Shown here: positions 59,224 through 64,000 of the stretch, one piece after another
Position numbering within the stretch: position 1 is the first letter of the stretch
Layout of the letters: each line of letters begins with the position of its first letter
Origin: Peptococcaceae bacterium BRH_c8a
GTDB lineage: Bacteria; Bacillota; Desulfotomaculia; Desulfotomaculales; Desulfallaceae
DNA: 64,000 nucleotides
Direction: 5' to 3'
NCBI GenBank assembly: GCA_000961575.1
Contig: LADP01000036.1
Coordinates: forward strand, 24,283 to 88,282
Position numbers and translations under genes: made by a program
Notes under the pieces: generated by a model
Told to the model about the DNA's origin: nothing
Database searches by the model: none
Seen by the model: the letters and a program-made list of their open reading frames with translations, nothing else

Positions 59224-61506
59224 ATGCCGCCGGTAAAAAATATGCAGGAAGAAATTCGTTGTGAAATAATCGGTATTACGCTGCTGGCCCTGGCGGCACT
59301 CACATTGATTAGCGTGGTGAACCCGTCAGTGGGACTGGTGGGCGGTTTAATTAACAGGGCTGTTTTGACCCTCGCGGGTGAAGGCAGGTATTTTTTCCCC
59401 ATGTTATTGGCCGTGTTAGGTTTTAAAATGTTATATCTAAAAAGCAAAATCAAAAAGAACGTGAATATATACGGGGCTGTAATTGCCCTGATAGTGGCGC
59501 TAACCCTGCTGCACATGCCGATACCGAAGGATTATATTTTAAAAGCCGGTATGCAGGGTGATGGGGGCGGGTTAATCGGTGGGATTATCTACTATGTACT
59601 GCTGAACTCTTTTGGCTCTTTGGGCATGTATATAGTGCTGTCAGCCCTGATGCTGGTGTCAGTGCTTTTGTTGACCAACCAGTCGGTGGCGGTGCTGTTT
59701 CGAAATATGACTCGTAAAGCCACAGATGCGCTAAAAAAAACGACACACACGGTGGATGAATTTCTTTTCATCACTGCTGTTGAGGAATCGGAAGACCGCC
59801 CGGAAATAGTCGATCGGTCGCAACCGACCGGGGATGACCGCATAAGAGTAGAAAATAGTTTAAACAGCCCTGCCAAAACGACTAATAAAACTAGTAAAGA
59901 AAAAAAATCGAACGTAATTTATTATCGCCCGGTCATACACCCCGAAGAAGAACGCAATACAGGGGAACTTGTTGAAAATGAACAAAGCAAAGAATTAACC
60001 TTACCGTTTGACGCAGGGGACATCCCGGAATTGATTGCGCCGATAGATGAAACCGGGCGCGGTGGCAAACTACCTCCGTTATCCATATTAACTAGGCCAG
60101 TAAGGGGTAAAATAAGTAAAAATAATCAGGATATTGCCGATAATATTAAGAGGCTTGAAGAAATCTTGGCCTCGTTCGGGATTAGGGTCAGGGTGACCAA
60201 GGTCTCCAGAGGGCCCGTAATAACTAGGTACGAGGTTCAACCTCCGCCTGGCGTCAAGGTCAGCCGCATTGTAAGTCTAGCTGACGATATTGCTTTGGGC
60301 ATGGCGGCATCGGATGTGCGTATTGAAGCACCGGTACCGGGTAAGGCAGTAGTGGGCATCGAGGTGCCCAACAGAGAAGTCGCCACGGTATACTTACGTG
60401 AACTGGTGGAAACAGTTGAGTTTCAGCAATCTCCTTCATTTTTAACTATCGCTTTGGGTAAGGATGTAGCGGGAAACCCCATCTTGGATGACCTGTCTCG
60501 TATGCCGCACTTGCTAATTGCCGGCGCCACGGGAGCGGGGAAAAGCGTTTGCCTGAACACGCTAATTGCTGGTATTTTGTTTAAATCAACTCCTGACCAG
60601 GTTAAATTTCTAATCATTGACCCCAAAATGGTGGAACTGGCAACTTTTAACGGAATTCCCCATCTGGTGTCACCAGTGGTTACCGATCCCAGAAAATCTG
60701 CTACTTCGCTGCGCTGGGCTGTTAAAGAGATGGAATACCGTTATGAATTGTTCGCCGGTGCCGAAGTGCGAGACCTAACCCGTTACAATAACTTGATGAG
60801 GCGGGAAGGCAAGGTACTGTTGCCACAACTGGTAATCATTATTGACGAACTGGCCGACTTGATGATGGTTTCCCCTGCAGATGTGGAAGACGCCATCTGC
60901 AGACTGGCCCAGATGGCCAGAGCAGCGGGCATACACCTGGTGGTGGCGACTCAGCGACCGTCTGTGGATATCATTACCGGGTTAATTAAAGCCAATATAC
61001 CATCGCGCATTAGTTTTGCAGTATCGTCACAAATTGATTCCCGTACTATATTAGATATGGGCGGGGCAGAAAAACTTTTGGGTCGCGGTGATATGCTTTT
61101 TTACCCGGTAGGCGCGACCAAGCCAGTAAGGGTGCAGGGAGCCTATTTATCTGACCGTGAAGTGGAGTTGCTGGTTAATTTTTGGAAAAAGAAAGCCCAT
61201 CCGGGCTATGACGAGAATCTGGAGCAGGAGGTAGCGGCAGCAGAAGATGAGCCGGAATATGACGATAAGCTGCTGGCCCGGGCATTACAAATTTTTGTGC
61301 AAACCGGACACGGCTCCATATCTTTGTTGCAGCGGCGGTTGCACATTGGTTACGCCCGGGCGGCCAGATTGATGGATATAATGGAAAGGAGAGGTTATGT
61401 CAGTGGGCATGAGGGTAGTAAGCCCCGTACAGTTTTAATTAATAGCGAAGAATATCAGCAAAAATTTCATGGCCGGAACAGTGCTAAGGCAGGTAACGAT
61501 AAGTAA
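59224..61506 (+). CDS. ftsK: DNA translocase FtsK/SpoIIIE
   Basis: N-terminal TM helices, a linker, the motor domain with Walker A GATGAGKS, and the C-terminal gamma wHTH (SISLLQRRLHIGYARAARLMD). Confidence 0.9.
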   Translation: MPPVKNMQEEIRCEIIGITLLALAALTLISVVNPSVGLVGGLINRAVLTLAGEGRYFFPMLLAVLGFKMLYLKSKIKKNVNIYGAVIALIVALTLLHMPIPKDYILKAGMQGDGGGLIGGIIYYVLLNSFGSLGMYIVLSALMLVSVLLLTNQSVAVLFRNMTRKATDALKKTTHTVDEFLFITAVEESEDRPEIVDRSQPTGDDRIRVENSLNSPAKTTNKTSKEKKSNVIYYRPVIHPEEERNTGELVENEQSKELTLPFDAGDIPELIAPIDETGRGGKLPPLSILTRPVRGKISKNNQDIADNIKRLEEILASFGIRVRVTKVSRGPVITRYEVQPPPGVKVSRIVSLADDIALGMAASDVRIEAPVPGKAVVGIEVPNREVATVYLRELVETVEFQQSPSFLTIALGKDVAGNPILDDLSRMPHLLIAGATGAGKSVCLNTLIAGILFKSTPDQVKFLIIDPKMVELATFNGIPHLVSPVVTDPRKSATSLRWAVKEMEYRYELFAGAEVRDLTRYNNLMRREGKVLLPQLVIIIDELADLMMVSPADVEDAICRLAQMARAAGIHLVVATQRPSVDIITGLIKANIPSRISFAVSSQIDSRTILDMGGAEKLLGRGDMLFYPVGATKPVRVQGAYLSDREVELLVNFWKKKAHPGYDENLEQEVAAAEDEPEYDDKLLARALQIFVQTGHGSISLLQRRLHIGYARAARLMDIMERRGYVSGHEGSKPRTVLINSEEYQQKFHGRNSAKAGNDK

Positions 61507-61645
61507 AAAACTACAAAGCTATCATTTCTTCTTAATTAGGGCAGAATAGCTTAACTTCACCGCAAAAAGAGGATAAATAATCCACAGTGTCGAAGGGAAC
61601 GTTAATTTTGCAGGAAATGTCCTTAGTCTGGAGTTAAAATCTTAA

Positions 61646-62713
61646 ATGTACAAAGACAGAGATATAAAGGAAGTATTAAGCGCATCCAAGAGTCAAATCC
61701 CAGTGGTGGATCTTCGTTCACCCGGGGAGTTTTTAGAGGCAACCATACCAGGTTCTTATAACGTTCCACTTTTGGACAACGTTGAGAGATCGCTGGTAGG
61801 CAAGGCGCATAAACTGGAAGGCCCCGACAAAGCCAGGGAATTAGCCATGGAAATTGTGGCTCCCCGGTTGCCGCGATTTGTCTATGCCATTAAAAAAATT
61901 GCTTCCCAGGGTGAAGTAAACGTTTTTTGCTGGCGCGGCGGCGACCGAAGCCATTTTGCAGGTTGCATTCTTGATGCCATGGGCATAAAAGTTAATCGTA
62001 TCAAAGGCGGTTTCAAAGCTTACCGGCACTATGTCATTGAATACCTAGGCAGAGAATTACCCCACCGGGCAATCGTAATACATGGTTTAACCGGGGTGGG
62101 GAAAACTGATCTGCTACTGGAACTGGAACGAAATGGCCGTCCGGTTTTGGATCTAGAGGGACTGGCTTTGCACCGGGGGTCTGTTTTCGGAAAAATTGAC
62201 CAACCCCCATCTCCAGGCCAGAAAATGTTTGAAGCTTTAATTCATGATAATCTGAGGCGGGCAGAAAATAGCGGTGTTTTTCTGGTGGAATGTGAGAGTA
62301 AACGACTGGGTAATTTATTTGTCCCGGATACAGTGCTTGATTCAATGCGTCGTGGATACCGTGTGCTTGCATATGCCCCGCTTGAGATACGAGTGCAGCG
62401 TATTAAGAGAGACTACTTTACAGGAACGGAAGGAAATCCACAAGCACTGCGCGAGGCTATCAAACGGCTTGCCAAATATATTGGTAATAGCAAGGTTGAG
62501 GAGTTGAACAAATGGCTCGACCGTGGTGAAGTAGAATTGGTCATTAAATTTTTGTTGGAGTACTACTACGACCCGCTGTATAAATATCCTTGCGTTCCCG
62601 ATAATAATTACGATCTGTCTTTGCAAATCAAGGACACGGCGCAAGCAACAGAAGTTATAAGCAAATGGATGGATCAACTACCGGAATACAAGTGCGTGTT
62701 CGAAAAGGAATAA
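61646..62713 (+). CDS. mnmH: tRNA 2-selenouridine synthase (MnmH/SelU)
   Basis: N-terminal rhodanese domain with CWRGGDRS and the P-loop GLTGVGKT. Confidence 0.75.
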   Translation: MYKDRDIKEVLSASKSQIPVVDLRSPGEFLEATIPGSYNVPLLDNVERSLVGKAHKLEGPDKARELAMEIVAPRLPRFVYAIKKIASQGEVNVFCWRGGDRSHFAGCILDAMGIKVNRIKGGFKAYRHYVIEYLGRELPHRAIVIHGLTGVGKTDLLLELERNGRPVLDLEGLALHRGSVFGKIDQPPSPGQKMFEALIHDNLRRAENSGVFLVECESKRLGNLFVPDTVLDSMRRGYRVLAYAPLEIRVQRIKRDYFTGTEGNPQALREAIKRLAKYIGNSKVEELNKWLDRGEVELVIKFLLEYYYDPLYKYPCVPDNNYDLSLQIKDTAQATEVISKWMDQLPEYKCVFEKE

Positions 62714-62742
62714 ATTTAATGGGATGTCGCGGACTTTTCGAA
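62697..62742 (+). repeat. TTCGAAAAG / CTTTTCGAA hairpin (family 3 copy) across the mnmH stop
   Basis: The 9-bp perfect stem 62699-62707 / 62734-62742 has a 26-nt loop. The left half TGTTCGAAAAGGAA is identical to 18688-18701. Confidence 0.75.
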
Positions 62743-62780
62743 TATCCTTTACAAGCAGCAGGGGGGTAACGGACTAGGTA

Positions 62781-63554
62781 ATGACTATAGGCGAAAAGTT
62801 ACGTAATGCCAGGGAAGAAAATGGAATCACCCTAACCGAAGTAGAAAACGAGACCAAAATTCGCCGTAAGTACATCGTAGCCCTAGAAAACGAAGATTTT
62901 GATGTGCTGCCGGGTAAGGTTTATGTTAAGGGCTTCTTAAGAAATTATGCTCGCTTTCTGGGAGTGGACGGTGATGCTCTGATTGTAGAGTACGAAGAAC
63001 TTTTTCCCCGACCAGCGGTTGAGCCGGTAATGGAAAAATTAACGCCCACTAATTTTGAAAAGCCGGCCAAATCACGCCGGGGCCTGCTTGCTGTTGTGGC
63101 TGTTTTATTTGTCGGCTTTATGATTTACTGGTGGGGGTCTGCCGCCATGCTGCGGGACGATATAGCCGGGGAAGACCAGGAACAAAACATGCCCGCAGGT
63201 GAAGACAACAGGGGAGTTGGCAGTGAACAAGACCCTGCAACGGGAGAACAGAACCCTGTCGTGCCAGGGATAGATCCGGCCCAACGCGGTGTAAACGTGG
63301 TACTCCAGGTTACCGACAAAGATTGCTGGATGCAAGTGGTGGTGGACGACAGCAGTGCCTTTGAGGGGTTGGTAGGGCCGGGTATAACAAAAGAATTTCG
63401 AGGTGATAACAGCATCTGGCTGAAATTAGGTGACGCAGGTGCTGTTCGGGTGTCGGTTAACGGCAATGACTATGGATTTTTGGGTGAGCTGGGCAGCGTT
63501 GTGACCAGAACTTTTGAAATAGGGGAAGATGGCGGTAATGCCATTGGAGGGTAA
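62781..63554 (+). CDS. rodZ: RodZ-like cytoskeleton protein (HTH-XRE, TM, DUF4115)
   Basis: N-terminal HTH IGEKLRNAREENGITL.EV...KIR..Y..ALE, a single TM helix, and a C-terminal beta domain. Confidence 0.75.
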   Translation: MTIGEKLRNAREENGITLTEVENETKIRRKYIVALENEDFDVLPGKVYVKGFLRNYARFLGVDGDALIVEYEELFPRPAVEPVMEKLTPTNFEKPAKSRRGLLAVVAVLFVGFMIYWWGSAAMLRDDIAGEDQEQNMPAGEDNRGVGSEQDPATGEQNPVVPGIDPAQRGVNVVLQVTDKDCWMQVVVDDSSAFEGLVGPGITKEFRGDNSIWLKLGDAGAVRVSVNGNDYGFLGELGSVVTRTFEIGEDGGNAIGG

Positions 63555-63583
63555 TCCCTCGCCATTTCAGTTGAATAAAACGT

Positions 63584-63617
63584 GCGTCAATAAAGAACTA
63601 AATTGACGCCTTTTTTA
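63584..63617 (+). terminator. Rho-independent terminator
   Basis: GCGTCAAT ... ATTGACGC followed by CTTTTTTATTT. Confidence 0.9.
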
Positions 63618-63689
63618 TTTAATGTAGCAGGTTATACAGTTTGTTTTGTAGTATGTAATATATCTTAAAAAGTGAAAAGGTGTGCGTGG

Positions 63690-64000
63690 ATGTTATTAAA
63701 CATTGGTTTTATAAGCCTGGGGTGCGCCAAAAATAGGGTAGACTCGGAGATTATGCTGGGCTGCCTGCACCGGGCGGGGTACAATGTAACAGGTGAAGTG
63801 GAAAAAGCGGAAATCATTGTTGTTAACACCTGCGGGTTTATAACCGCTGCCAAGGAAGAGTCCATTGCTGCCATTTTGGATGCGGCTCACTTTAAGGATA
63901 CCGGACGGTGCAAAAAGATACTGGTCGCCGGTTGCTTGGCTCAGAGATATGGCCAGGAATTACTTGATGAGATTCCGGAAATTGACGGAGTGATGGGTAC
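63690..64000 (+). CDS. rimO: Ribosomal protein S12 methylthiotransferase RimO, N-terminal part; 3' end outside window
   Basis: Hand translation from the ATG at 63690 gives MLLNIGFISLGCAKNRVDSEIMLG...VVNTCGFI...LVAGCLAQRY, the MTTase N-terminal domain. The frame is open to the window edge and is not in the ORF track. Confidence 0.8.
   Translation, partial: MLLNIGFISLGCAKNRVDSEIMLGCLHRAGYNVTGEVEKAEIIVVNTCGFITAAKEESIAAILDAAHFKDTGRCKKILVAGCLAQRYGQELLDEIPEIDGVMG

Overview
The window is a 64-kb chromosomal segment from an endospore-forming Firmicute. Gene content (RACo-like corrinoid activase, dpaAB, YtvI, YjcZ, YmxH, selU/mnmH) points to Clostridia, Peptococcaceae/Desulfotomaculum-like. All protein calls were made by eye from the translations, with no database searches.

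Almost every gene is on the + strand, and most of the window is conserved housekeeping synteny:
- dprA-topA-trmFO-xerC-hslVU-codY
- rpsB-tsf-pyrH-frr-(ferredoxin)-uppS-cdsA-ytvI-dxr-rseP-ispG-proS
- rimP-nusA-ylxR-ylxQ-infB-rbfA-nrnA-truB-ribF-rpsO-pnp
- ylxY-like deacetylase, M16 peptidase, dut, ymxH
- dapB-dpaA-dpaB-asd-dapG-dapA-rnj-tepA-ylzJ
- uppP, ftsK/spoIIIE, mnmH, rodZ-like, rimO (3' end outside the window)

Several small accessory modules interrupt this backbone:
- an ankyrin-repeat lipoprotein next to a split NHEJ set (ku, LigD ligase, LigD polymerase)
- a toxin-antitoxin-like two-gene cassette between ribF and rpsO, bracketed by 22-nt direct repeats
- a minus-strand operon encoding a cNMP-binding/CBS/DUF294 nucleotidyltransferase and a DEDDh exonuclease, convergent with an orphan methyltransferase-fold gene
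- an SDH-type Clp-fold serine protease translationally coupled (ATGA) to a small ORF

The most unusual signal is non-coding, in the intergenic spacers:
- Family 1 is a dispersed element built from 7-nt phased AGTCAGN arrays arranged as long imperfect hairpins, with a shared non-repetitive core. I found seven copies, and every copy with two arms or a conserved core has the same orientation.
- Family 2 is a roughly 60-nt GGGGACA...TGTCCCC hairpin unit. It is tandem after rnj, and it is nested after dapG, where it supplies the last codons and the stop.
- Family 3 is a recurring GTTC(G)AAAAG / CTTTT(C)GAAC hairpin.
- A G+C-rich 266-nt non-coding island lies upstream of uppP, with 19-nt inverted repeats and flanking direct repeats.

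I saw no rRNA, tRNA, CRISPR array or transposase gene.
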